Positions 36,048-44,564 of a stretch of 64,000 nucleotides of DNA are shown here, one piece after another. Numbering within the stretch: position 1 is the stretch's first letter; every line of letters starts with the position of its first letter. Position numbers and translations under genes: made by a program. The stretch lies in assembly GCA_963780375.1 (NCBI GenBank), contig CAWABV010000008.1:1002052-1066051 (forward strand), in the 5' to 3' direction. This DNA comes from an uncultured Chloroflexia bacterium (GTDB taxonomy: Bacteria > Chloroflexota > Limnocylindria > Limnocylindrales > CSP1-4). The notes below the pieces were generated by a model that was given only the letters and a program-made list of their open reading frames with translations, had not been told where the DNA came from and did not search any database.

Positions 36048-37702
36048 TACGCGCCTCCGCCCTCGACTGCCGCGACGGTGTCCTCCCGCCGGCTGGCAAG
36101 GGCCACCGACACGGTCCGCGCCACGATCAGGAGCACGATGAGCGCGAGGCCGATCAGGACGACCTCGATGCCGATCGGGATAGCCTGCCCGCCGTGGGCC
36201 GACTCGAGCACGTCATCGACCGAACCCTGGACGAGTGTCAGCAACAGCCCCGGCTGGACGCCGAACACGACGATGAGCGTGGCGAGCGGCACGAGCGTCA
36301 GGATCTCGATCGGGCTGATGTCCGTCAGGTGTCCGCCGAGTCTCTCCAGGAAGTCCGAGACCTCCCCGAACACGACGCGCTGGTACATCCACAGCAGGTA
36401 CGCGGCGGCCAGGATCATGGCGAAGGCCGCGACCGCCGCCGCGTACGGGTTCACGACGAACGTCCCGACGAGGCTCAGGAACTCGCCGACGAAGCCCGAC
36501 AGCCCCGGTAACCCGGCCGACGCGAAGACGAAGAAGCCGAAGATCGCCGCCCACACGGGCATACGTGCCGCCAGGCCACCCATCTTGGCGATGGTCCTGT
36601 CGTGGGTCCGTTCGTAGATGACGCCGACGAGCAGGAACAAGCCGCCCGTGATCAGGCCGTGGTTGATCATCTGGAGGATCGCGCCCTGGACGCCCTGTTC
36701 GGTGAAGACGAAGGTGCCCAGCGTGACGAAGCCCATGTGGCTCACCGACGAGTAGGCGACCAGGCGTTTGAGGTCCGGTTGGACGAGGGCGACGATCGCG
36801 CCGTAGATGATCGCGATGAGCGAGAGCACGATGATCGTCGGGGCGAACGTCACGGCCGCGTCGGGGAAGAGCGGCAGGGCGAACCGCAGGAAGCCGTACG
36901 CGCCGAGCTTGAGCAGGATGCCGGCGAGGATCACCGAACCGGCGGTCGGCGCGTCCGTGTGGGCGTCCGGCAGCCAGGTGTGGAAGGGGAACATCGGCAC
37001 CTTGATGGCGAACGCCAGGAAGAACGCCAGGAAGGCACCGACCTGGAGTGCCGGCGCGAAACCGGGGCCGGCCGCGAATTCGCGAAGGGTCACGAAGTCG
37101 AACGCGTTGGTCCAACTGCCGGTTGACGATTGGAACGCGAACGCGGTAGCGAGGATGGCCACCAGCATCAGCAGGGAGCCGACGAGGGTGTACAGGACGA
37201 ATTTGATCGTCGAGTAGATGCGGTTGGCGCCACCCCAGATCCCGATGATCAGGTACATGGGGACAAGGACGATCTCCCAGAAGATGTAGAAGAGGAAGAG
37301 GTCCAGCGCCAGGAACACGCCGATCATCCCGACCTCGAGGACGAGGAACGAGATCATGTATTCCTTGATGCGGGTCTGGATCGGGACCCACGACGCAAGG
37401 ATGCAGATCCACGTTAGGGTCGTGGTCAGGACGACCAACGCCGCCGACAGCCCGTCGACGCCGAGCTTGTACTGGATGCCGAACACCGGGATCCAGTCGT
37501 AGGCCTCGATGAACAGGAACTGGCTCCCCGCGCGGCCAGGCAGGTAGCCGATGAGCATCAGCAGCGAGACCACCCATGTCGCCAGCGCGAAGGCCAGCGC
37601 CACAGGTCTCGTCCAGCCTGTCGGGAGGACGGCCACGACCAGCGCGCCGAGCAGCGGCAGGAAAGTGACGATCGTAAGGATCGGCAGCTCGGTGAGGCTC
37701 AT
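36047..37702 (-). CDS. nuoM: NADH-quinone oxidoreductase subunit M
   Basis: The complement ATG at 37702 (MSLTELPILTIV...) is followed by ...FYIFWEIVLVPMYLIIGIWGG...HTWLPDAHTDAPTAGSVILAGILLKLG. Confidence 0.9.
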   Translation of the reverse strand: MSLTELPILTIVTFLPLLGALVVAVLPTGWTRPVALAFALATWVVSLLMLIGYLPGRAGSQFLFIEAYDWIPVFGIQYKLGVDGLSAALVVLTTTLTWICILASWVPIQTRIKEYMISFLVLEVGMIGVFLALDLFLFYIFWEIVLVPMYLIIGIWGGANRIYSTIKFVLYTLVGSLLMLVAILATAFAFQSSTGSWTNAFDFVTLREFAAGPGFAPALQVGAFLAFFLAFAIKVPMFPFHTWLPDAHTDAPTAGSVILAGILLKLGAYGFLRFALPLFPDAAVTFAPTIIVLSLIAIIYGAIVALVQPDLKRLVAYSSVSHMGFVTLGTFVFTEQGVQGAILQMINHGLITGGLFLLVGVIYERTHDRTIAKMGGLAARMPVWAAIFGFFVFASAGLPGLSGFVGEFLSLVGTFVVNPYAAAVAAFAMILAAAYLLWMYQRVVFGEVSDFLERLGGHLTDISPIEILTLVPLATLIVVFGVQPGLLLTLVQGSVDDVLESAHGGQAIPIGIEVVLIGLALIVLLIVARTVSVALASRREDTVAAVEGGGA

Positions 37703-39687
37703 CCGCGGTTCCCGATCAGCAACAGGTACGACCCCGCCATCACGATCAGCCCGAGCGCGATGCCCAGGGCGTAGTTCTGCACGCGGCCGGTCTGCACGCG
37801 GCGGATGCCCCGCCCGGCGCTCACCGTGGAGCTGCCGATGCCGTTGACCGTGCCGTCGACGACTTCCCGATCGAACCACCAGATCGCGTCGGCGATCCGC
37901 CCGCCGATGACGATGAACAGAAGGTGGTTGAGGTCGTCGAACCACCACTTGTTGAGCGATGCCCGGTACAGGAAGGTGAGGCCCGGTCGGGCGCTGATCT
38001 CGCGCACGGCCTCCGGCCGGGACGGCAGGTGGATGCTGCCGATGTCGGCCCCGAACAGTCGCCACGCGAGCGCGACGCCGATCGCCGCGACCGCCACGCT
38101 GGCACCGATGAGCGCCCCGTCGATGCCGAACAGCTGGTACTCGGCCTCGGCGTGGTGGAGCAGCTCGACCGACTCGGCGAAGACCGGCTCGAGCCAGCCG
38201 TGGATGACGCTGGCGCCGAACGGGAGTCCGAGCGCAAGCCCGAGGAGCGTCGATGGGATCGCGAGCAGGATGAGCGGGACGGTCATGACCGCCGGCGACT
38301 CGTGGATGCGGTCCCAGACCTCCTTCGGGCCCCGGAAGTCGCCCCAGAACGTGAGGCCCATCAGCCGGAACATGTAGAAGGCGGTCAACAGCGCCACGAA
38401 CAGCCCGATCGCCCAGATCCACGGGAACCCGAGCTTGAACGCCTCGCCCAGGATCTCGTCCTTCGAGAAGAAGCCGGCCAGTGGCGGGATGCCGGCGATC
38501 GCGAACGAGCCGACGAGCATCGTCACGTAGGTGATGGCGATCTTCTTCGACAGGCCACCCATCCGCCGCATGTCCTGCTCTTCGTGGACCGCGTGGATGA
38601 CCGAGCCCGACCCGAGGAACAGGAGACCCTTGAAGAAGCCGTGGGTCATCAGGTGGAAGATCGCCGCCGTGAAGGCACCGACGCCGAGCGCGGCGAACAT
38701 GTAGCCGAGCTGCGACAGGGTCGAGTAGGCGAGCACCCGCTTGATGTCGGTCTGGGTCATGGCGATCGACGCGGCCAGGATCGCCGTGAAGATGCCGATC
38801 GACGCGACGACCACCATCGCCGACGGGGCCGCTGCGAACAGCGGGTTCGCCCGAGCCACGAGGTACACGCCGGCATTGACCATCGTCGCAGCGTGGATGA
38901 GGGCGGAGACCGGGGTCGGGCCCTCCATCGCGTCGGGCAGCCAGACGTGGAGCGGGAACTGCGCGCTCTTGCCCATGGCACCGGCGAACACGAGCAGAGC
39001 CACGACCGGCACCGGGACCGGGAAGGCCGCCAGGGTCGGCGAAAGCATGATCTCGAGCGAGTGGCGGACGTCCAGGGTTCCGGTGTTCAGGAAGATGGCC
39101 ATGATCCCGAGCGCGAACCCGACATCGCCGACCCGGTTGACGATGAACGCTTTCTTCGCGGCCAGGGCCGCCGAGCGCTTGCGATACCAGAACCCGATCA
39201 GCAGATAGCTCGACAGGCCGACCAGCTCCCACGCCACGAAGACGACCAACCAGGAGTCGGCCAGGACCAGCAGCAGCATCGAGAACATGAAGAGGTTGAG
39301 GTAGGCGAAGAACCGCCAGTACCCGGGGTCGTGGCCCATGTAGCCCACCGAGTAGATGTGGACCAGCAGGCCGATCGTCGTGACCACGATCAGCAGGCAG
39401 GCCGTCAGCTCGTCGACGTACAGGCCGAGGTCGACGTGGAAGGCGCCGGCCGGGATCCACGTCCACGGCCCGACGATATAGCCGTGGCTCTCGGTGCCCT
39501 CGATCGGCGGGGCCGAGCCGGTCAGCACGCTGACGACCGCGACCATGGCGATCAGCCAGGCGATGAAGATGACGCCGACGGCGACCCAGTGCGCCTGGAA
39601 CCCCAGACGGCGCCCGACGAGCGCGGTGAACAGGAAGCCCCCCATCGGCAGGACGAGGAGCAGCGGCAGGAGGCCCTCGACCGTCAC
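37699..39687 (-). CDS. nuoL: NADH-quinone oxidoreductase subunit L
   Basis: GTG at 39687. The protein reads MTVEGLLPLLLVLPMGG...FVAWELVGLSSYLLIGFWYRK...HVWLPDAMEGPTPVSALIHAATMV, with the long C-terminal amphipathic helix region. Confidence 0.9.
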   Translation of the reverse strand: MTVEGLLPLLLVLPMGGFLFTALVGRRLGFQAHWVAVGVIFIAWLIAMVAVVSVLTGSAPPIEGTESHGYIVGPWTWIPAGAFHVDLGLYVDELTACLLIVVTTIGLLVHIYSVGYMGHDPGYWRFFAYLNLFMFSMLLLVLADSWLVVFVAWELVGLSSYLLIGFWYRKRSAALAAKKAFIVNRVGDVGFALGIMAIFLNTGTLDVRHSLEIMLSPTLAAFPVPVPVVALLVFAGAMGKSAQFPLHVWLPDAMEGPTPVSALIHAATMVNAGVYLVARANPLFAAAPSAMVVVASIGIFTAILAASIAMTQTDIKRVLAYSTLSQLGYMFAALGVGAFTAAIFHLMTHGFFKGLLFLGSGSVIHAVHEEQDMRRMGGLSKKIAITYVTMLVGSFAIAGIPPLAGFFSKDEILGEAFKLGFPWIWAIGLFVALLTAFYMFRLMGLTFWGDFRGPKEVWDRIHESPAVMTVPLILLAIPSTLLGLALGLPFGASVIHGWLEPVFAESVELLHHAEAEYQLFGIDGALIGASVAVAAIGVALAWRLFGADIGSIHLPSRPEAVREISARPGLTFLYRASLNKWWFDDLNHLLFIVIGGRIADAIWWFDREVVDGTVNGIGSSTVSAGRGIRRVQTGRVQNYALGIALGLIVMAGSYLLLIGNRG

Positions 39688-39715
39688 TGGGAACTACCTT
39701 GCGGCACGCCGCTGT

Positions 39716-40033
39716 TCATTGCCTCATGGCGTCGTACTCGTCGACCAGAGGCGTCTTCTTGTTGCGGTAGATCGCGATGACGATGGACAGCCCGACTGTG
39801 GCTTCGGCCGCGGCGACGGCCATGACCATCAGCGCGAACACCGCACCCTGTGCGGTCGCGTCGGCGCGCGGGCCGAACAGCCCGAAGGCGACGATCGACA
39901 GGTTGACCGCGTTGAGCATCAGCTCGATCGACATGAGCATGCTGATCGCGTGGCGGCGCGCCAGGAAGCCGAACGAGCCGATGGCGAAGAGGATCCCGGA
40001 CAGGATGAGGTAGGTGTCGAGGCTGTCGCTCAC
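39716..40033 (-). CDS. nuoK: NADH-quinone oxidoreductase subunit K
   Basis: The GTG at 40033 overlaps the nuoJ stop. The product is ~105 aa with 3 TM helices: ...[43 protein letters not shown].... Confidence 0.85.
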   Translation of the reverse strand: MSDSLDTYLILSGILFAIGSFGFLARRHAISMLMSIELMLNAVNLSIVAFGLFGPRADATAQGAVFALMVMAVAAAEATVGLSIVIAIYRNKKTPLVDEYDAMRQ

Positions 40034-40623
40034 GACGGTCCGCCCGGTTCGCGCTTGGCCAGGAAGACGCCACCGATCACCGCCGCGAGCAGCAGGACGC
40101 TGACCACCTCGAACGGGAACACGAACTGCTGGAACAGGATCCGCGACATGAGCGTCGTGCTGAGCCGGGCGCCGCGCGCGACCTCTCCCCAGTTCGTGGC
40201 CGTCACGGCCAACGCGATGACGATGGCGACGACCACCGCGGCGATCGACGCCGGACCGGCCTGCGTCTGGAACACCAGCCGTGTCGGGGCGTCCTTGGTC
40301 TGGGTGAGCATGATCGCGAACAGGATCAGGACGCTGATCGCGCCGATGTAGACGATGACCTGCGCCGCCCCGAGCAGCGGCACGCCCATCAGGACGTAGA
40401 TCCCGGCGAGCGCCATGAAGCAGACGATCATCGCGAGGCCGCACCGGATGATGTCGCGCATCGTCACGACGAGCAGGCCGCTACCGATCATCAGCGCCCC
40501 GAGGATCCACAGCAGCACGTCGTCCCAGTCCTGGTGGAGCACGACCAGCATCAGGGCCGCGATCCCGAGCACCGCGCCCATGACCAGGAACGCGAAGATG
40601 ATCTGAGGGAGCTTGGCGAGCAC
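40030..40623 (-). CDS. nuoJ: NADH-quinone oxidoreductase subunit J
   Basis: The GTG at 40623 lies 3 nt after the NuoG-like stop. ...[61 protein letters not shown]... is an ND6-like sequence. Confidence 0.8.
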   Translation of the reverse strand: MLAKLPQIIFAFLVMGAVLGIAALMLVVLHQDWDDVLLWILGALMIGSGLLVVTMRDIIRCGLAMIVCFMALAGIYVLMGVPLLGAAQVIVYIGAISVLILFAIMLTQTKDAPTRLVFQTQAGPASIAAVVVAIVIALAVTATNWGEVARGARLSTTLMSRILFQQFVFPFEVVSVLLLAAVIGGVFLAKREPGGPS

Positions 40624-40625
40624 GG

Positions 40626-43274
40626 CTACTCGTGCTGGCCGGGACCGAGCGCGGCGACCGCGCCGTGTCCGTCGTGGCCGTGTCCGTCGTGCCCGTTGCC
40701 GTTGCCGCGGGCACCCGGCGCGATACCCGTCAGCGTCGGCGGGAGCACCGGGAGCAGCCGGGCCGGGTCGTAGACGCGCCCCTCGGCGCGCGCTCGCTCC
40801 ACCCAATCGCGCTCGCGCCGGATGTACGTGACCTCGGTCTCCCTGTCGATCGCGGCGAGCGCGATGAGGTCGATCGCCGGGTCGGTCCGGCCGGTGTGCG
40901 AGAGTTCGAAGTCGGCACCGTCGCGCAGGGCGTCATACGGGCACGCGTCGACGCAGATGCCGCACAGGATGCAGCGGCTCTCGTCGACCTCGTACTTCTC
41001 GAGGACCCGTGGCTTGGGCATCAGGGCGCCGGTCGGACAGGTCTCGGCGCACCGACCGCACGAAACGCACGGTGTGTCGTTCAGGCTCATGTCCAGCGGC
41101 GTCGTGACGAGCGTATCGAAGCCGATGCGCATGAAGTCGTAGCACGCGGCGCCGACGACCTCGGCGCAGACGTTGGCGCATCGGCCGCAGTCGATGCAGC
41201 GCGACGGCTCGCGAAGGATGAACGAGTGCGAGTCATCGCGGATGTAGTCGTGGTTGATGCCGGTGAAGCGGTTCTCGGTGATCGATCGGTAGCCTGCGCC
41301 CTGGTGGTTGTTCGGCTCGAGCGTGGCGAGCGTGGTGCCGTACTCGATGCCGAGCCGCCGGAGGTCGCAGAACCCGATCGCCTCGCACGTGCACTGCAGG
41401 CAGCGGGTCAATTCCGCCATCGCGTCTTCGCGCGAGTAGGGCAGCTCGTACTCGATGTAGCTGCGGTTGCGCTCCTCCGCAGATAACGGCTTGAGCCGGT
41501 AGCGCGGCTCCTTCACCTCACCGGTGAACGGCACGATCGACAGGAACTCGGGCTGTGGCTCCGCCAGGGTCTGTCGCGTCCGGATCGCGTCGAGGTCCAT
41601 GCCCTTGAGGTAGGCGTCCACCGCATAGGCCGCTCGCCGGCCCTCGGCGACGGCCTCGACCACGGTCGCCGCGCCGATGCGCACGTCACCCGTGCCGAAC
41701 ACGCCGGGTCGGCCGGTCGAGAAGGTGACCGCGTCGGCCTTGAGCCGACGGTTCTTGGTCGCCTCGACGCCCTCGTTGCCCGGCGCGCCTGCCCAGTCGA
41801 GCTCAGGGCCCTGGCCGATGGCCAGCAGGACCCGATCGCACGGGATCGTGAACTCGGTGCCGGGCGCCGGCTCGGGCCGGCGCCGCCCGGACGCATCCGC
41901 CTCGCCGAGCTGCATCCGGATGAACTCGACGCCGGTCACCTTGCCCTTAGCGTCGGTCATGATCTTCGTCGGGCCGGCCTGGAAGATGGCGGTCACGCCC
42001 TCCTCGATCGCCTCATGGACCTCATCCGCCGCCGGCATGTCCTTCATGTCGCGGCGGTAGACGAGCGTCACCTCGCTGGCGCCCTGGCGGATCGACGTGC
42101 GCGAGCAGTCCATCGAGGTGAACCCGCCGCCGATGACGACGACGCGCTTGCCCTCGTGGCCCGGATACGGCAGACCGAGCGTGGCCGTGCGCAGGTACTC
42201 GAGGCCGTCGATGACACCATCGGCGTCCTCGTTCGGGATGCCGAGCTTGTTGGTGTCGTAACAGCCGATCGCGACCACGACCGAGTCGAAGCCCTGGTTC
42301 GTCAGGTCGTCGAGTGAGAAGTCGCGCCCGAGCCCGGCGTTGGTGACCATCCGCGCGCCGAGCCGCATGACCGACTCGTATTCGGCCTCCAGGACCTCGA
42401 TCTTCGGCAGCCGGTACTGCGGGATCCCGTAGCGGAGCATCCCGCCCGGCGCCGGGTCGCGCTCGAAGACGGTGACGTCGTGGCCAGCGATCAGCAGGTA
42501 GTAGGCGGCGGCCATGCCGGCCGGGCCGGAACCGATGACCGCGGCGCGTCGACCCGAGGTCGCCTGCGGCTCGAAGGGGACGGGCGGATCCACGCCGTCG
42601 TCGAGCATCGACTTGAGGACCTGGTCGCCGGCGTACCGATGCGAGTCGCGGATGGCGATCGCCTCGTCGACCTCGTCGCGCCGGCAGTGCTCCTCGCACG
42701 GAGCGGGGCAGACGCGGCCGAGCACGGACGGGAACGGGATCGTGCGCTTGAAGATCCGCGTGCTCTCGCGCCAGTTCGCCTCGGCATTGGCCTTGAGGAA
42801 CCCCGGGATGTCGATGTGGCTCGGGCACTTGTTCTGGCAGGGCGGCAGGCAATACGCGTTGTGGTCCGAGAAGATCAGCTCGAGGTTGGTCCGCCGCAGC
42901 CGGCGCACCTCCTCGGTCTGCGTCTGGACCTTCATCCCGTCCTCGCACGAACGCGAGCACGAGATCGGCGGATGCTCCTCGCCCTCGACCTCGACGACGC
43001 ACATCCGGCAGGCGCCGAAGCCCGGCAGCTTCGGTTCGTAGCAGAGCGTCGGGATCTCGATCCCGTTGTCGCGGCAGACCTCGAGGATCGTTTGGCCCTC
43101 GAAGCCCTCGACGACGCGACCATCGACCTCGATGCGGATGCGCGGCGTCGACTGCGGTCGCTGCGGCGCCTGTGTCTCGAGGAGGCGCTCCGCGAGGGAG
43201 GCGCGCGTCCCGGCCGGCGCCGATGCTTCGACGTCGGCGGCGCGGCGGTCCGGGCGGGCGAGCGTGTCGGTCAT
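40626..43274 (-). CDS. chimeric NuoG-position iron-sulfur flavoprotein: NuoG-type 2Fe-2S domain + GltD/NfnB-like NAD(P)H:FAD oxidoreductase module + NuoG/HydA-type N5/N4 Fe-S region + extra 4Fe-4S ferredoxin motif; no molybdopterin-like domain
   Basis: N-terminus: IRIEVDGRVVEGFEGQTILEVCRDNGIEIPTLCYEPKLPGFGACRMCVVEV, a 2Fe-2S domain. GltD N-terminal cluster region: HNAYCLPPCQNKCPSHIDIPGF...GRVCPAPCEEHC. Dinucleotide folds: AVIGSGPAGMAAAYYL and KRVVVIGGGFTSMDCSRTS. Then RCIDCGRCANVCAEV...CVSCGRCAETCPTGAL and CILCGICVDACPYDAL. It is translationally overlapped with nuoF upstream and lies 3 nt from nuoJ downstream. Confidence 0.75.
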   Translation of the reverse strand: MTDTLARPDRRAADVEASAPAGTRASLAERLLETQAPQRPQSTPRIRIEVDGRVVEGFEGQTILEVCRDNGIEIPTLCYEPKLPGFGACRMCVVEVEGEEHPPISCSRSCEDGMKVQTQTEEVRRLRRTNLELIFSDHNAYCLPPCQNKCPSHIDIPGFLKANAEANWRESTRIFKRTIPFPSVLGRVCPAPCEEHCRRDEVDEAIAIRDSHRYAGDQVLKSMLDDGVDPPVPFEPQATSGRRAAVIGSGPAGMAAAYYLLIAGHDVTVFERDPAPGGMLRYGIPQYRLPKIEVLEAEYESVMRLGARMVTNAGLGRDFSLDDLTNQGFDSVVVAIGCYDTNKLGIPNEDADGVIDGLEYLRTATLGLPYPGHEGKRVVVIGGGFTSMDCSRTSIRQGASEVTLVYRRDMKDMPAADEVHEAIEEGVTAIFQAGPTKIMTDAKGKVTGVEFIRMQLGEADASGRRRPEPAPGTEFTIPCDRVLLAIGQGPELDWAGAPGNEGVEATKNRRLKADAVTFSTGRPGVFGTGDVRIGAATVVEAVAEGRRAAYAVDAYLKGMDLDAIRTRQTLAEPQPEFLSIVPFTGEVKEPRYRLKPLSAEERNRSYIEYELPYSREDAMAELTRCLQCTCEAIGFCDLRRLGIEYGTTLATLEPNNHQGAGYRSITENRFTGINHDYIRDDSHSFILREPSRCIDCGRCANVCAEVVGAACYDFMRIGFDTLVTTPLDMSLNDTPCVSCGRCAETCPTGALMPKPRVLEKYEVDESRCILCGICVDACPYDALRDGADFELSHTGRTDPAIDLIALAAIDRETEVTYIRRERDWVERARAEGRVYDPARLLPVLPPTLTGIAPGARGNGNGHDGHGHDGHGAVAALGPGQHE

Positions 43275-44563
43275 CGGGCCTCACTCGCGACCGGCGTGGG
43301 CCGGCGATCGGGGTCGAAGGCGGACCCGAAGTATCGCATCCCGCTGGTGAGCGGGAGGGTCGCGAGACGCTCGTGGTCGCACAGCGCGGACTCGACGATG
43401 TCGTGCGCGAGATCGGCCGCCAGCTGCCCATCGACCGGCCGGAGCAGACCCCCCTCGCGCCGGCCGACGAGCTCGGCCAGCCGTTTCGTCCCGATCCGGC
43501 ACGGGATCGATTTGCCGCACGCCTCGTTCGAGCAGAAGCGCGTCAGGACCCCGATGAGCTCGAGAAGGTCGGTCCGGTCGTCGACCAGCACCAGAGAGCC
43601 GGATCCCAAGTGGGCGCCGGCCTCGCGCAGGCCCTCGAAGTCGTACGGCGTGTCAAGGGCATCCGGCGGCAGCAGGCCACCCGACGGTCCCCCGATGAGC
43701 AGTGCCTGCAGCGTGCGGCCCTGGGGCAGCTTCCCGCCCAGCTTGACGACGTCGCGCAGGGGCGTGCCGAGCGGGACTTCTGCGACGCCGTCCTTCCCCG
43801 GCGTGCGGACCTGGACGAGGACCGTTCCGGGCGCACGGGTCGAGCCGATGGACCGGAACGCCTCTGGGCCCTCGCGCAGGATCCACGGGACGGCAGCGAG
43901 GGTCTGCACGTTGTTGACGACGGTCGGCTGGTCGTGGAGGCCCGTGACCGCGGGATGCGGCGGCCGCTGCTCGGGCTGGCCGCGCTTGCCCTCGAGGGCC
44001 TTGATGAGGACCGTCTCCTCGCCGAGCATGTAGGCGCCCTGGACCGGCCGGACCGTCAGCCACAGCTCGCGGCCGGAGCCGAGGACGTCGTCGCCGAGGA
44101 AGCCCGCATCGGTCGCATAGCCGATGGCCGTGGACAGTGCGGCGATGACCTCCGTGTCCTCGCCCCGGACGGCGATGAAGGCCTCGTGCGCACCGATGGC
44201 GCTCGCGGCGATGGCAGTCCCCTCGATGACCGCGAACGGATCGCGCAGCATCAGCGTGCGATCGGTATGCGACGCCGGGTCGGCGCCGTAGCCGTTGGCG
44301 ATGACGTATCGCTTGGTCGCGTCGGTCGTGGCGGCGGTCCGCCACTTGTCGCCGGTCGGGTAGCCGGCGCCGCCTCGCCCACGCAGTCCCGATGCCGTCA
44401 CGGCGGCGATCGTGCCGGCGCCGCCGAGGTCACGGAAGGCGCGTTGCAGCGCGTCGAAGCCGCCGGCGGCGACGGCCGCGTCGAGGTCGGTCGGATCCTT
44501 CGCATCGGCCCGTGCCAGGAGGATGCGCGGCCACGAGGCTGGCGTGCGCAGGATGGTCACCAC
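43271..44563 (-). CDS. nuoF: NADH-quinone oxidoreductase subunit F (51-kDa FMN/NADH subunit); N3 cluster motif spacing deviates from the usual CxxCxxC
   Basis: The GTG at 44563 overlaps the upstream stop. The FMN site reads GLRGRGGAGYPTGDKW, followed by the SLBB region. The cluster motif is FCSNEACGKSIPCRIG ... LCDH, against the canonical ESCGxCTPCREG ... C. Confidence 0.85.
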   Translation of the reverse strand: MVTILRTPASWPRILLARADAKDPTDLDAAVAAGGFDALQRAFRDLGGAGTIAAVTASGLRGRGGAGYPTGDKWRTAATTDATKRYVIANGYGADPASHTDRTLMLRDPFAVIEGTAIAASAIGAHEAFIAVRGEDTEVIAALSTAIGYATDAGFLGDDVLGSGRELWLTVRPVQGAYMLGEETVLIKALEGKRGQPEQRPPHPAVTGLHDQPTVVNNVQTLAAVPWILREGPEAFRSIGSTRAPGTVLVQVRTPGKDGVAEVPLGTPLRDVVKLGGKLPQGRTLQALLIGGPSGGLLPPDALDTPYDFEGLREAGAHLGSGSLVLVDDRTDLLELIGVLTRFCSNEACGKSIPCRIGTKRLAELVGRREGGLLRPVDGQLAADLAHDIVESALCDHERLATLPLTSGMRYFGSAFDPDRRPTPVASEAR

Positions 44564-44564
44564 C

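Noticed and set aside
36047-39466. The 1139-aa ORF listed in the track as spanning nuoM and most of nuoL.
   Set aside because: Only the C-terminal 551 aa (from ATG 37702, MSLTELPIL...) are NuoM. The upstream part is an out-of-frame read-through of nuoL sequence, and nuoL itself is the 37699-39687 frame.
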